From: a virus
Direction: 5' to 3' (one strand)
Virus record (IMG/VR): IMGVR_UViG_3300012964_000002
Span: 1-64,000 of that record
DNA: 64,000 nt
The notes under the pieces are model-generated. The model did no database searches. It saw only the letters and a program-made list of their open reading frames with translations, and was not told the DNA's origin. Numbering within the stretch: the stretch's first letter is position 1; every line of letters starts with the position of its first letter. Of the stretch, positions 17,247-26,920 are shown in pieces. The position numbers and the translations under genes were made by a program.

Positions 17247-18085
17247 GCGATCGGGACGCCCTGGTCGTTCGCACCCTGCGCGGCGCGCGCCCGTCCGGCG
17301 ACGGGTGGATGCGCGCGAACTGCCCGTTCTGCGAGTCGCGGATCGGGAAGGCGGACCGCAAGGCGTCGTTCGGGGCTCACACGTCGACGGGGTGGTGGCA
17401 CTGCTTCCGGTGCGGCGCGCGCGGGAAGGCGGATCTCGCGGTGATGCCGGCGCCGCCGGAGACGGAGGACGGGCCGCGCGAGCTCGAGATGCCGTCGTCG
17501 TACCTTCCGCTCTGGGAGGGGCCAGGAGGCGACGCCATTGTCACGCGCGAGGCGAGGTTCTACCTCGTCGGTCGCGGCATCGGTCCGAGCTTGTGGAAGC
17601 TGGCGCGGATCGGCGCGGCGGTGGACGGCAGGCACTTCGGGCGGGTGATCGTGCCGATGCTCGCGGACGGGCGCTGGGTGGGCTGGGTCGGGCGCGCGTG
17701 GACGCGGCGCGCCGAGATGCCGTACCTCTACCCGCGTGGGATGGAGCGCGCCGGGCTGCTCTACAACCGCGAGGCGCTGCTCCGGGAGACGGGCGATCCC
17801 GTCGCGGTGGTCGAGGGGGTCTTCGACACGTTCCCGTTGCTTCCGGACGCGGTGGCCGTGCTCGGGAAGCCGAGCCACCTGCAGGTGGCCGCGCTCGCCG
17901 AGGCGCGCCGTCCCGTGGCCGTGGTGCTCGACGGCGACGCCTGGATGGAGGGCTGGTCGCTTGCGATGCAGCTCCGGCTGGCCGGCCGCCGCGCCGGGGC
18001 CGTGCGGCTGCCGCCACGCACGGACCCGGACGAGGTGGACGTGGGGTGGCTCAGGGAGGAGATGCGACGATGCCTGGACGCGTGA
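17243..18085 (+). CDS. dnaG: DNA primase (zinc finger plus TOPRIM)
   Basis: CPFC...HCFRC, VVEGVFD, LDGD, TDPDE. Confidence 0.9.
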   Translation: MSDRDALVVRTLRGARPSGDGWMRANCPFCESRIGKADRKASFGAHTSTGWWHCFRCGARGKADLAVMPAPPETEDGPRELEMPSSYLPLWEGPGGDAIVTREARFYLVGRGIGPSLWKLARIGAAVDGRHFGRVIVPMLADGRWVGWVGRAWTRRAEMPYLYPRGMERAGLLYNREALLRETGDPVAVVEGVFDTFPLLPDAVAVLGKPSHLQVAALAEARRPVAVVLDGDAWMEGWSLAMQLRLAGRRAGAVRLPPRTDPDEVDVGWLREEMRRCLDA

Positions 18086-18357
18086 CGAAGAAGCTTCCGA
18101 AGATCAAGGCTCCGCTCGTCGAGTGCTACGCCTGCGACGAGGTGGGGGACGCCTCGGTGCTGTTCACGGTCGGGGGGTCCGCGTTCGCGCCGACGTTCGC
18201 GCTCCCCCTGGGCTGGACGTTCCGCTTCGGCGCGCCGATCTGCCCGCTTCACCCCGCGTCGTGCTACCCTCGCGCGCTCCGGCCGCTCGTTCGCCTGGTG
18301 AAGGAGGCGCGGGAAAAGGCGCAGCGCGCGGGCAAGGCGCGGCGCAGGAGGTCGTGA
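18082..18357 (+). CDS. hypothetical protein
   Basis: CYAC...LPLGW...CPLH; coupled. Confidence 0.55.
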   Translation: MTKKLPKIKAPLVECYACDEVGDASVLFTVGGSAFAPTFALPLGWTFRFGAPICPLHPASCYPRALRPLVRLVKEAREKAQRAGKARRRRS

Positions 18358-18445
18358 TGGAAACCGTCCGTCCTGACGAAGTCGTGGCTGTGCTGTGGGG
18401 CGTGGTGCTGTTCTCGCTTCTCCTCGTGGCAAGGATGCTCGCGCC

Positions 18446-18655
18446 GTGAGCGCCGCGCTCGTCGCGTGCCTGGAGTGCGAGGGCGGGACGGCGCGCTCGA
18501 GCTGCTCCCGCTGCGGGGGAGCGGGCGCCGTTCCGGCGTGCGCCGTCTGCGAGAAGCACGCGCAGGAGCCGGGCCTCGCCCCGTGCTGCTCGCGCGAGTG
18601 CCGGGAGGTCTGGGAGGCGCGAAACCCGGACCTGACCAGCGGAAAGGCGACATGA
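18446..18655 (+). CDS. Cys-rich zinc-finger protein
   Basis: CLEC, CSRC, CAVC, CCSREC. Confidence 0.55.
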   Translation: MSAALVACLECEGGTARSSCSRCGGAGAVPACAVCEKHAQEPGLAPCCSRECREVWEARNPDLTSGKAT

Positions 18656-20379
18656 GCCAGATCGTCCTGTCGAAGGGCCTCAGGCTGCCGGCGGAGGTGG
18701 TCACCCAGACCATCGGCATCCTCGGGCGGCGGGGCTCCGGGAAGACCACGACCGCGAGCGTGCTCGTGGAGGAGCTGCTGCGCGCGAAGCTGCCGTTCGT
18801 GATCATCGACCCGACCGACGCGTGGTGGGGGCTCAAGGCGTCGAAGGACGGCAAGGACGAGGGGTTCCCCGTCACGGTGCTCGGCGGCGACCACGCCGAC
18901 GAGGTGCTCGAGGAGACGGCCGGCAAGATCGTCGCGGACCTCGTGGCGGAGGCGGCGCCGCCTCTCGTCCTCTCCCTGTCGGCCCTCTCCGGAGCGGCGC
19001 AGCGCCGCTTCGTGCGCGACTTCTGCGAGCGGCTCTACGAGAAGAACAGGACGGCGCTCCACGTCGTGATCGACGAGGCCGACGAGTTCGTTCCGCAGCG
19101 TCTGTTCCGGGACGCGCTCGCGGTCTTCGGCGCGGTCGACAAGCTCGTCCGGCGCGGGCGCAAGAACGGCATCGGCGTGACCCTGATCTCGCAGCGCTCG
19201 GCGGCCATCAACAAGGACGTCCTGAGCCAGTGCGAGGTGCTGATCGCCCACCGCGCCTCCCACCCGACCGACATCGAGCCGGTCCTGAAGTGGATGGAGG
19301 TGCACGCGCGGAGCCGCACGGAGGAGGTTCACGGGTCGATCGCGCACCTGGCGGACGGCGAGGCGTGGGTGATGAGTCCGGAGTGGCTCGGCGTCTTCGC
19401 GCGCGTCCAGATGAACGACCGCACGACGTTCAACTCCAGCGCGACGCCGAAGCCCGGCGTCAGGCTGGTCGAGCCCAAGAAGCTGGCGAAGCCGGACCTC
19501 GCCGTGCTCCGGGCGCGCATGCGGGACTCCATCGAGCGCGCGCGGGCGAACGACCCGAACGCGCTCAGGACGCGCATCGCGGAGCTGGAGCGCGCGGCCG
19601 CCGAGAAGGCGCCGCCCCCGCCTCCGGAGGTGAGGACCGTCGAGGTTCCGGCCCTCCCCGCGGCGGACCTGGCGCACCTCGACAAGCTGGCGGATCGGCT
19701 GATCGTGGCGCAGGACCGGCTGGCCCAGGCGCAGCAGGTCGTGGCGACCGAGCTCGGCAACCTCTCGAGCCGCGTCCTGTCGCTGAAGACCGCTCTCCAG
19801 GGCGCGCCGCGCAACGGCGCTCCGATTCCCCCCGCGCGGCCGCCGCCCGCTCCCCGCCTCGTGGCGTCGCGGCTCGGGACGCGCCGGGAGCGGGCGGCGG
19901 AGTCGGAGGAGGCGGGGGAGCTCAAGAAGGGGCAGCGTGTGATGGTCGCCGCCCTCGCCGGCGCGGGCGGGTCGCTCGATCGGCAGACGCTGGCGGTCTG
20001 GTCGTGCATGCGGCAGTCGGGCACCTTCACCGACTACCTCTCCAACCTCCACACGCGCGGGCTCGTCGAGAAGGGGGAAGACGGGCGGGAGCACCTGACG
20101 GAGGCGGGGCGCGCGTCCGGGATCTCCCCGTGGCGTCCGACCCCGGGCGAGATCGTCGCGGCTTGGAAGGAGCGCCACCTCAAGGGCGGGCAGGGCGCGA
20201 TGCTCGACGCGCTGATGAGGTTCGCTGGCGAGGGTGGGCTCGCGCGTCCCGCTCTTGCCGCCGAGGTGGAGATGGCCGAGAGCGGCACCTTCACTGACTA
20301 CCTCAGCTTCCTGCGGACCTCCGGCCTGGTCGAGAAGAGGGACGGGCGCGAGGCGCTGTCGCGGAGCGTTCTCGGGTGA
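18652..20379 (+). CDS. HerA/FtsK-superfamily ATPase (DUF87-like) with tandem C-terminal wHTH repeats
   Basis: GRRGSGKT, IIDPT, VIDEADEF, RRGRKNG, SQR; duplicated SGTFTDYLSxLxTxGLVEK. Confidence 0.85.
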   Translation: MSQIVLSKGLRLPAEVVTQTIGILGRRGSGKTTTASVLVEELLRAKLPFVIIDPTDAWWGLKASKDGKDEGFPVTVLGGDHADEVLEETAGKIVADLVAEAAPPLVLSLSALSGAAQRRFVRDFCERLYEKNRTALHVVIDEADEFVPQRLFRDALAVFGAVDKLVRRGRKNGIGVTLISQRSAAINKDVLSQCEVLIAHRASHPTDIEPVLKWMEVHARSRTEEVHGSIAHLADGEAWVMSPEWLGVFARVQMNDRTTFNSSATPKPGVRLVEPKKLAKPDLAVLRARMRDSIERARANDPNALRTRIAELERAAAEKAPPPPPEVRTVEVPALPAADLAHLDKLADRLIVAQDRLAQAQQVVATELGNLSSRVLSLKTALQGAPRNGAPIPPARPPPAPRLVASRLGTRRERAAESEEAGELKKGQRVMVAALAGAGGSLDRQTLAVWSCMRQSGTFTDYLSNLHTRGLVEKGEDGREHLTEAGRASGISPWRPTPGEIVAAWKERHLKGGQGAMLDALMRFAGEGGLARPALAAEVEMAESGTFTDYLSFLRTSGLVEKRDGREALSRSVLG

Positions 20380-20582
20380 GCGACTGGGGCGGAGACGGGG
20401 GGAGTGCCGTCAAGCCCAGGTGGCTCACGCGGGCGGAATCCGTGGCGTGGCACGGCGTGGACCCGGACGCGCTCCCGCACGGCGTCGCCATGAGCAAGCT
20501 GGTGCCGTGCGGCGTGTGGTGGGAGCGGGTGTGGCTCGCGGACGACGTGCTGGCGGAGGCGGAGAGGAGACGCAAGAGATGA
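20376..20582 (+). CDS. small hypothetical protein (possible distant member of the wHTH paralog family)
   Basis: WLTRAESVA...VWLADDVLAEAERR; coupled on both sides. Confidence 0.5.
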   Translation: MSDWGGDGGSAVKPRWLTRAESVAWHGVDPDALPHGVAMSKLVPCGVWWERVWLADDVLAEAERRRKR

Positions 20583-22105
20583 GACCCCCGGTGCTGAGGA
20601 TCGGGCTCGACGAGATCGTGGCGGACAACTTCGCCGGCGGCGGCGGGGCCTCCGCCGGAATCGAGATGGCTCTGGGGCGCGGTCCCGACATCGCGATCAA
20701 CCACGACCCGGAGGCCATCGCGATGCACCGCGCCAACCACCCGGGGACGCGGCACTTCTGCGAGAGCGTCTGGAAGGTGGACCCGGAGGAGGTCTGCGGA
20801 GGAAAGCGCGTCGCGCTCGCGTGGTTCTCGCCCGACTGCAAGCACTTCTCCAAGGCCAAGGGAGGGAAGCCGGTCGAGAAGAACGTGCGGGGCCTCGCCT
20901 GGGTCGTGATCCGCTGGGCGCGCGCGGTGAGGCCCCGCGTCATCGTCCTCGAGAACGTCGAGGAGTTTCAGGACTGGGGACCGTTGACGGAGGACGGGCG
21001 GCCGGACGCGCTCCGGCGCGGGCTCACGTTCCGGCGGTGGCTCGGGTCCCTCCGCAACGCGGGGTACGAGGTCGACATGCGCGAGCTCCGCGCCTGCGAC
21101 TACGGCGCGCCGACCACGCGCAAGAGGCTGTTCGTGATCGCGCGCTCGGACGGGCTGCCGATTGTGTGGCCGGACCCGACGCACGGTCCGCCGCTGACGG
21201 GGCTGCCGCCCTACCGCACGGCGGCCGAGTGCATCACCTGGGAGCTGCCCTGCCCGTCCATCTTCGAGCGCGAGAGACCGCTCGCCGAGAACACCCTCCG
21301 CCGGATCGCGCGCGGCCTCCGGCGGTACGTCATCGAGAGCCCGGACCCGTTCATCGTCTCGAACATGACGAACAACGTGCCGCGCCCGGTGAGCGAACCC
21401 ATCACGACGGTCCTGACCGGCAACCACAAGTTCCTAGTCGCGCCAGCGCTCGTTCAGCAGAGCTGGGGCGAACGGGAGGGACAAGCCCCGCGCGCTCTCG
21501 ACCTTCACAAGCCGCTCGGCACGATCATGGCCGGAGGTGTCAAGCACGCGCTCGTCGCCGCGTTCCTGGCGAAGCACTACGGGGGGCACGGGGCGACCGG
21601 CTCCAGGCTGGCCGACCCGATTGACACGGTGACTGCGGTCGACCACCACAGCCTCGTGGCGTCCCACCTCCTGAAGCTGCGCGGCGGGCTCGAGGACCAC
21701 CAGGTGACGGCGCAGGACCTTCGCGGCCCGGCGCCGGCGATCACGGCCGGCGGGACGCACCTGGCCGAGGTCCGCGCGTTCCTGCTCTCCTACTACGGCA
21801 GCCCGGTCGACGCGCGGCTCCGGTCGCCGCTTCACACCGTCACGTCCAAGGACCGCTTCGGGCTCGTGACGGTGCGCGGCGACGAGTACGTGATCGCGGA
21901 CATCGGGATGCGGATGCTCGTCCCGCGCGAGCTGTTCCGCGCCCAGGGATTCCCCGAGTCGTACCTGATCGACGTCGAGCTGGACGGACGGCCGCTCTCC
22001 AAGAGCGCGCAGGTGCGGATGGTGGGGAACAGCGTCTGCCCGCCGCTCGCGGCCGAGATCGTCCGCGCGCAGTTCCGGGCGCGAGGCGCTGCCGAGGTCG
22101 CGTGA
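20579..22105 (+). CDS. DNA (cytosine-5)-methyltransferase
   Basis: FAGGGG motif I, SPDC motif IV variant, LENV motif VI, RKRLF motif VIII, RAQGFP, VGNSV motif X. Confidence 0.93.
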   Translation: MRPPVLRIGLDEIVADNFAGGGGASAGIEMALGRGPDIAINHDPEAIAMHRANHPGTRHFCESVWKVDPEEVCGGKRVALAWFSPDCKHFSKAKGGKPVEKNVRGLAWVVIRWARAVRPRVIVLENVEEFQDWGPLTEDGRPDALRRGLTFRRWLGSLRNAGYEVDMRELRACDYGAPTTRKRLFVIARSDGLPIVWPDPTHGPPLTGLPPYRTAAECITWELPCPSIFERERPLAENTLRRIARGLRRYVIESPDPFIVSNMTNNVPRPVSEPITTVLTGNHKFLVAPALVQQSWGEREGQAPRALDLHKPLGTIMAGGVKHALVAAFLAKHYGGHGATGSRLADPIDTVTAVDHHSLVASHLLKLRGGLEDHQVTAQDLRGPAPAITAGGTHLAEVRAFLLSYYGSPVDARLRSPLHTVTSKDRFGLVTVRGDEYVIADIGMRMLVPRELFRAQGFPESYLIDVELDGRPLSKSAQVRMVGNSVCPPLAAEIVRAQFRARGAAEVA

Positions 22106-22662
22106 GGCCCGCCTTCGAGGAGCGTCGCGTGCTTCGCGTGAAGACCGCGGGGCATGGTCCGTGCCCGGCGTGCGGCGGGATCTACCGCATGACCCTGGCG
22201 CAGCACCTGCGGCGCCGCTGCCGAGGGGAGGGCGGGAAGAACGACATGCGGTTGGTGGAGCGCGCCCGCGCGCTCGGGGAGACGATGATCCGCCGGGGGT
22301 GGCGAGAGGAGGGGGCCGCCGCCCCGCTGCTCTCCCGGATGCGGAAGGAGATCCGGCAGCACAGGCGGCCGTCCGCTGATCAGTGCGGGCAGTCGGTCGC
22401 GTGGCGGTGGTGGGCGCCGGAGTGGGCCGTCGTGCTCGGCAGGCACAGCAAGAGCGCGGTCGTCCGGGCCATCAAGCGCGACAACAGCAGCACGCGGCAG
22501 GAGAAGGAGCACCTGTTCCAGCGCAGGATGATGCTGCTGGCGGCGCGTGACGACGAGGAGCTGAGGGGTGCGATGATGACGGCGCACCTGCTTGGGAAGC
22601 ACGAGATGGCGTGGGAGCTGTTCCTGGCGCGGCCGCGAACGGTAACGGAGAGCACAACATGA
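22102..22662 (+). CDS. zinc-finger WAPEWA-motif protein (paralog of 9392-9982)
   Basis: CPAC...HL...C, WAPEWA, DEELRGA. Confidence 0.65.
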   Translation: MRPAFEERRVLRVKTAGHGPCPACGGIYRMTLAQHLRRRCRGEGGKNDMRLVERARALGETMIRRGWREEGAAAPLLSRMRKEIRQHRRPSADQCGQSVAWRWWAPEWAVVLGRHSKSAVVRAIKRDNSSTRQEKEHLFQRRMMLLAARDDEELRGAMMTAHLLGKHEMAWELFLARPRTVTESTT

Positions 22663-22853
22663 GCAGGAGAACGGTGGAGTTCGAGGGCAAGGCTGTCAAG
22701 GAGACGGATGCCGCGCTGCTCGTCGAGATCGACGGGAAGGAGTGGTGGATCCCCAAGTCCCAGATCGACGAGTCGAGCGAGGTGCGGGCGGAGGACGACG
22801 AGGGGACCCTCGTCATCACGGAGTGGATCGCGACGGAGAAAGGGCTGATCTGA
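22659..22853 (+). CDS. small phage protein
   Basis: ETDAALLV...WIPKSQI...ITEWIATEKGL, a pattern recurrent in phage hypotheticals. Confidence 0.7.
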   Translation: MSRRTVEFEGKAVKETDAALLVEIDGKEWWIPKSQIDESSEVRAEDDEGTLVITEWIATEKGLI

Positions 22854-23131
22854 TGGCCACGAACGGGAGACGGGCGGACGGCTGGAAGACGTGGAAAACG
22901 GCGTGGGACGCGCTCCGCCGTCAGGTGGAGGCGGAGCTCAGGCGGGAGAAGCTGCGCACGGCCCCGCGGGGGCGGCAGCGGCACCCGCGGCGCGTCGCGC
23001 GCCTGAAGGCGGTCGTGTCGGTGCTGTACGCGCTCCGGGCGGCGGTTCGCGCGCACGGGCGCCTCGCCGCGCTGGACGCGGCGGCCACCGCGGCGGAAGT
23101 CGAGCGCCAGAAGGAGGAGGTGCGGTCGTGA
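22853..23131 (+). CDS. basic hypothetical protein
   Basis: TGATG overlap. Confidence 0.5.
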   Translation: MATNGRRADGWKTWKTAWDALRRQVEAELRREKLRTAPRGRQRHPRRVARLKAVVSVLYALRAAVRAHGRLAALDAAATAAEVERQKEEVRS

Positions 23132-23694
23132 TCACGGAGCTGACGGGGTTCAGGGCGCTGGCGGAGGTCATGGGGGAGATCCACGTCGTCGAGTACAAGG
23201 AGGGGGCGCTGCTGATCGCCGACCTGACGCTCGAGGACGTGGGTCGGATCCTCGACCTCGTGAGCGCTGGCAAGGTCGTGGGGGTGCGCGCGGTGGGAGG
23301 TGTTCCGCTCCCCGGAGGCGCCCCGGCGCCGCGCCGGCTGGAGGCCGCGCCGTCGCCCCCGTCGGAGGCGGCGGAGGCGCCTTCCGACGTTCCGCCCGCT
23401 CCTCCGGCGGATCCCCCGCCCGCCGCCCGGGCCGCGCCCGCGGAGGCGCCGCGCGACGCTTCCCCTCCCGCCGCGCCTCCGGCTCCCCCGTCCGGGAACG
23501 GCACGGCCCCGCCGGAGATCGTCGGCGCGCCTAACTTCCGCGCCATCGTGGCCCACATGCGGGACGCGATGGGGCTCAAGACGGTGGACGAGATCGTCGC
23601 CGCCTGCGAGGGGTTCCGCACCGCGAGCCCGATCCTCGGGCGCGTTCGCGACATGCGCGACCGCGTGCAGAGGACGATGGACACCCTGGTGTGA
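23128..23694 (+). CDS. two-domain protein with Pro/Ala linker
   Basis: AGGAGGAGG RBS; coupled to the polymerase gene. Confidence 0.65.
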   Translation: MITELTGFRALAEVMGEIHVVEYKEGALLIADLTLEDVGRILDLVSAGKVVGVRAVGGVPLPGGAPAPRRLEAAPSPPSEAAEAPSDVPPAPPADPPPAARAAPAEAPRDASPPAAPPAPPSGNGTAPPEIVGAPNFRAIVAHMRDAMGLKTVDEIVAACEGFRTASPILGRVRDMRDRVQRTMDTLV

Positions 23695-26282
23695 GAGCGC
23701 GCCGCCTCTACCCTGATCCGTCCGCGCCGCTCGCGGCCGGGGGCCTCGCGCTCCCGGTCGCGGGCGGGCCGCGTCTGGACGTGGACCCCGGGTGCACGAG
23801 GTGCCCTCTCTCGAGGGCGGCGCGGAACCCGTGCGTGCCGGCGGAGGGGGAGCCGGGCGGCGTCGTGCTCGTGGGGGAGCACCCGGGCAAGGCGGAGGAC
23901 GCGGCGCGTCGTCCCTTCGTCGGGGGCTCGGGGAAGTACCTGCGTGAGCTCGTCGCCCGGTGGTGGAAGGGTCCCGTGGTGCTGGAGAACGCGGTGAAGT
24001 GCTTCGCCGCCGCCACGGCCCCGGAGCATGTTGCGGCCTGCCGCCCGTTCCTGGCGGCGACGCTCGACGAGGCGAAGCCGTCCCGGATCGTGGCGCTGGG
24101 CGCCGCGGCGTGGCTCTCGCTGACCGGGCGCTCGACGGCGCCGCTCACGCAGAGGCGCGCCTTCTGCTGGCACGGGGATGTTCCGGTCTTCTTGACCGTC
24201 AACCCGGCGGCGGCGCAGCGCAACCGCTTCGTGGCGCGGGACTTCGAGGAGGATCTGGAGTGGGCGCTGACGGCGGCCCCGCCGTTCCCGAGCCCGCGGG
24301 ATCTCGAGTGGCGGGAGGTGGAGACGGAGGCGGACGCGCTCCGGGCCGCCGCGGAGCTCAGGGCCGCGCCGTGGGTGTCCGTGGACGCCGAGACGAGCGG
24401 GCAGCAGTGGACGCCCGGGTTCCGCGTCGCGAGCGTCGCGGCCTGCTCGCCATCCGGCGATCCGTGCTGGGTGTGGGGGAAGGAGCAGATCGACGACGCG
24501 CGCGTCCGCGCGCCGCTCGCTTTGCTCCTCGGAGACCCGGCGGTCGGGAAGGTCGGGGCGAACATCAAGAGCGACCTCTCGTTCCTCGGAGAGAGGATCG
24601 GCCCGGTGCGGAACGTCCACGGAGACGTGCGGCTCTGGCGGAAGCTGGAGTCGCCGGAGGCGTCCGGCTACCTGGAGGACATCGCCGAGCTCGTCGGGAT
24701 GGGGGGCCACAAGGACGAGATGATGGCCGGCGTCACCCTGGCGGAGGAGGCGTTCAGGAGGCGGACGCGCGGGGGCGGCAAGGCGCAGATGTCGCTCGTC
24801 GCGGACGGCGCGCCGCGTCCGGTTCACGAGCCGGAAGACCTCGCCGAGCAGCTCAAGTCCGGTGCCGAGATGAAGAAGTTCTCGTACGCGCTCGTCCACC
24901 GCGACCTGCTCCTCCGCTACAACGCGCGCGACGCGGTGGCCGCCGCGTGGGCCGCCCGCCTCCTCGGGCCCCGGGTGCGCGCGCGGGACGGACTGGACCG
25001 CGTCTGGACCCGGGTCGTGCGCCCCATGAGCGAGGCGCTCGCCGGGATGGAGGCGGTAGGCGTCCCTGTGAGCGTGGACGCCATCGACGTCTTCGACGCG
25101 CACCTGTCCACGAAGATGACGGACGTGCGTCGCCGCCTCGACCAGTACGGCAAGGAGTTCAACCCGGACAGCCCGAAGCAGGTGCGCGAGCTCCTCTTCG
25201 ACAAGCTCAAGCTGCGGCCTCCGGAAGACACGGAGACCCCGAGCGGGCTTCAGAGCACCGCCGAGGAGGTGCTGGAGGAGCTCAAGGGCCATCACTCGGC
25301 GCCCAAGGACATCCTCGACTGGCGCGCGCTCGCCAAGCTCAAGGGCACGTACTGCGACGGAATGCGGCCGCACCTCCGCCCCGACGCCGCGGGTCTCCCG
25401 AGGATCCACCCGAGCATCCTTCCGGACGGCGCGCGCACCGGGCGCTGCTCCTGCGTCGAGCCGAACCTCCAGAACATCCCGCGGACCTCCACCGACGAGG
25501 GGAAGATGGCGCGCAACATCTTCGCCGCGCGCCCGGGCTGGGTGATGGTCCACTGCGACTTCGCGCAGCTCGAGTACCGCATCGCCGCCATGCTCTCCGG
25601 AGATCCGGAGATGCGCGCCATCCTGGACAAGGGGATCGACTTCCACACCGGCACCGCGATGGTGATCGCGCCCTACCTCTGGCACGTCACGTACACGGAC
25701 CCGGGCCAGGTCGCGAAGGCGCACAGGGACGACGCGAAGACCATCAACTTCGCGCTGCTCTACGGGCAGGGGGACGGGAGCACGGCGCGAAAGCTGCACA
25801 CGTCGCTCGCGGAGGCGGAGCGGGTGCGACTGGCGGTGCTCGGCAAGTTCCGCCTGCTCGCCCAGTGGATCAACCGCACGACGCGCGAGAGCAAGCTGTC
25901 GGGCTTCTCGCGGACGTGGTGGGACGGGGCTCCCGCGCGCTGGCGCCCGATCTACTCCCTCGGAGACCCGGACGAGGGGCGGCGCGCGGACGGGGAGCGG
26001 CGCGCCGTGAACAGCCCGATTCAGGGAACGGCGGCCGACTTCCTGAACGCCTCGATCGCGCTGGTCTCGGATTGGATCCGGGACAACGCGGCGCCGGCCG
26101 AGCTCTGCCTCGCCATCCACGACGCGCTCCTCCTCCACGTCCGCGAGGACGCCGTCGAGGAGGTGGCGTGGAACGTGCGCCGTCTCATGCTCTCGCACCC
26201 GAGCAGCGGGATCCCGCTCGACGTGGACGTGGAGGTCGGTCGGGCGTGGGGAAGCCTCTCGAAGATCAAGCTGGCGGCGTGA
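23691..26282 (+). CDS. polA: family A DNA polymerase with N-terminal family-4 UDG domain and 3'-5' exonuclease (SPO1-type architecture)
   Basis: CTRCPLS...VGEHPG...RPFVG (UDG4); DAETSG (Exo I), YNARD (Exo III); TGRCSCVEPNLQNIP; DFAQLEYR; KTINFALLYG; NSPIQG; IHDA. Confidence 0.95.
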   Translation: MRARRLYPDPSAPLAAGGLALPVAGGPRLDVDPGCTRCPLSRAARNPCVPAEGEPGGVVLVGEHPGKAEDAARRPFVGGSGKYLRELVARWWKGPVVLENAVKCFAAATAPEHVAACRPFLAATLDEAKPSRIVALGAAAWLSLTGRSTAPLTQRRAFCWHGDVPVFLTVNPAAAQRNRFVARDFEEDLEWALTAAPPFPSPRDLEWREVETEADALRAAAELRAAPWVSVDAETSGQQWTPGFRVASVAACSPSGDPCWVWGKEQIDDARVRAPLALLLGDPAVGKVGANIKSDLSFLGERIGPVRNVHGDVRLWRKLESPEASGYLEDIAELVGMGGHKDEMMAGVTLAEEAFRRRTRGGGKAQMSLVADGAPRPVHEPEDLAEQLKSGAEMKKFSYALVHRDLLLRYNARDAVAAAWAARLLGPRVRARDGLDRVWTRVVRPMSEALAGMEAVGVPVSVDAIDVFDAHLSTKMTDVRRRLDQYGKEFNPDSPKQVRELLFDKLKLRPPEDTETPSGLQSTAEEVLEELKGHHSAPKDILDWRALAKLKGTYCDGMRPHLRPDAAGLPRIHPSILPDGARTGRCSCVEPNLQNIPRTSTDEGKMARNIFAARPGWVMVHCDFAQLEYRIAAMLSGDPEMRAILDKGIDFHTGTAMVIAPYLWHVTYTDPGQVAKAHRDDAKTINFALLYGQGDGSTARKLHTSLAEAERVRLAVLGKFRLLAQWINRTTRESKLSGFSRTWWDGAPARWRPIYSLGDPDEGRRADGERRAVNSPIQGTAADFLNASIALVSDWIRDNAAPAELCLAIHDALLLHVREDAVEEVAWNVRRLMLSHPSSGIPLDVDVEVGRAWGSLSKIKLAA

Positions 26283-26332
26283 CCGCCAAAACGCGGCCGG
26301 CGCGGGCAAGCCCGGTAAGGAGGAGGAACACC

Positions 26333-26815
26333 ATGGTGGAGCAGAGGCAGATGACGCTTCCGGCGGACGACCCGGAGAAGTACCTGAGCGAGTGCACGAA
26401 GATCGAGCCGGTCGCCATCGACGAGGAGTTCATTCGGACGCCGTCGGACGTGGCGTTCTGGAACGCGCGGTTCGCGGACGCGCTCGAGGTCTACCTCAAG
26501 GCCAAGGCGCACATGGAGACGGAGTGGGCTCGCCTGCGCCTCCTCACGCGCGAGGAGCTGCTCGCCAAGGGAGAGAAGGCCACCGAGTCGGCCATCGACA
26601 ACAACACGGAGGTCCGGCCGGAGTGGGCGGCGGCGCGCCTGACCTTCATCGAGGCGGAGGTTCAGAAGGCGCGGATCGCTGGCTCGTGCGAGGCGGTTCG
26701 CACCAAGAAGGAGATGCTCCAGAGCCTCGGCGCGAAGCTCCGCATCGAGATGGGGAGCGACCCGATGGTGCGCGCGGAGCAGGCGGCGGCCAGCGGCGCG
26801 GCGCGCGGGAGGTAG
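26333..26815 (+). CDS. UvsY-like recombination mediator
   Basis: Helical, KATESAID...KKEMLQSLGAKLR pattern; precedes SSB and RecA; strong RBS. Confidence 0.6.
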   Translation: MVEQRQMTLPADDPEKYLSECTKIEPVAIDEEFIRTPSDVAFWNARFADALEVYLKAKAHMETEWARLRLLTREELLAKGEKATESAIDNNTEVRPEWAAARLTFIEAEVQKARIAGSCEAVRTKKEMLQSLGAKLRIEMGSDPMVRAEQAAASGAARGR

Positions 26816-26920
26816 GGCGTCAGACGTCCGCGGGAAAATGCGCGGAGGAAAGGCAAGTCAGGAACGGAAGCGAGAGGCCAGAAGCCAGACCACAGACCCT
26901 AGACGAGAGCGAGAGACGAG

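Noticed and set aside
22938-26309. 1123-aa minus-strand ORF and other long antisense or alternate-frame ORFs (e.g. 17761-20178, 9344-11227, 23960-26815 as annotated)
   Set aside because: Shadow ORFs from high GC and GC3 bias; Arg/Pro/Ala-rich, no motifs, and they overlap clearly recognisable genes
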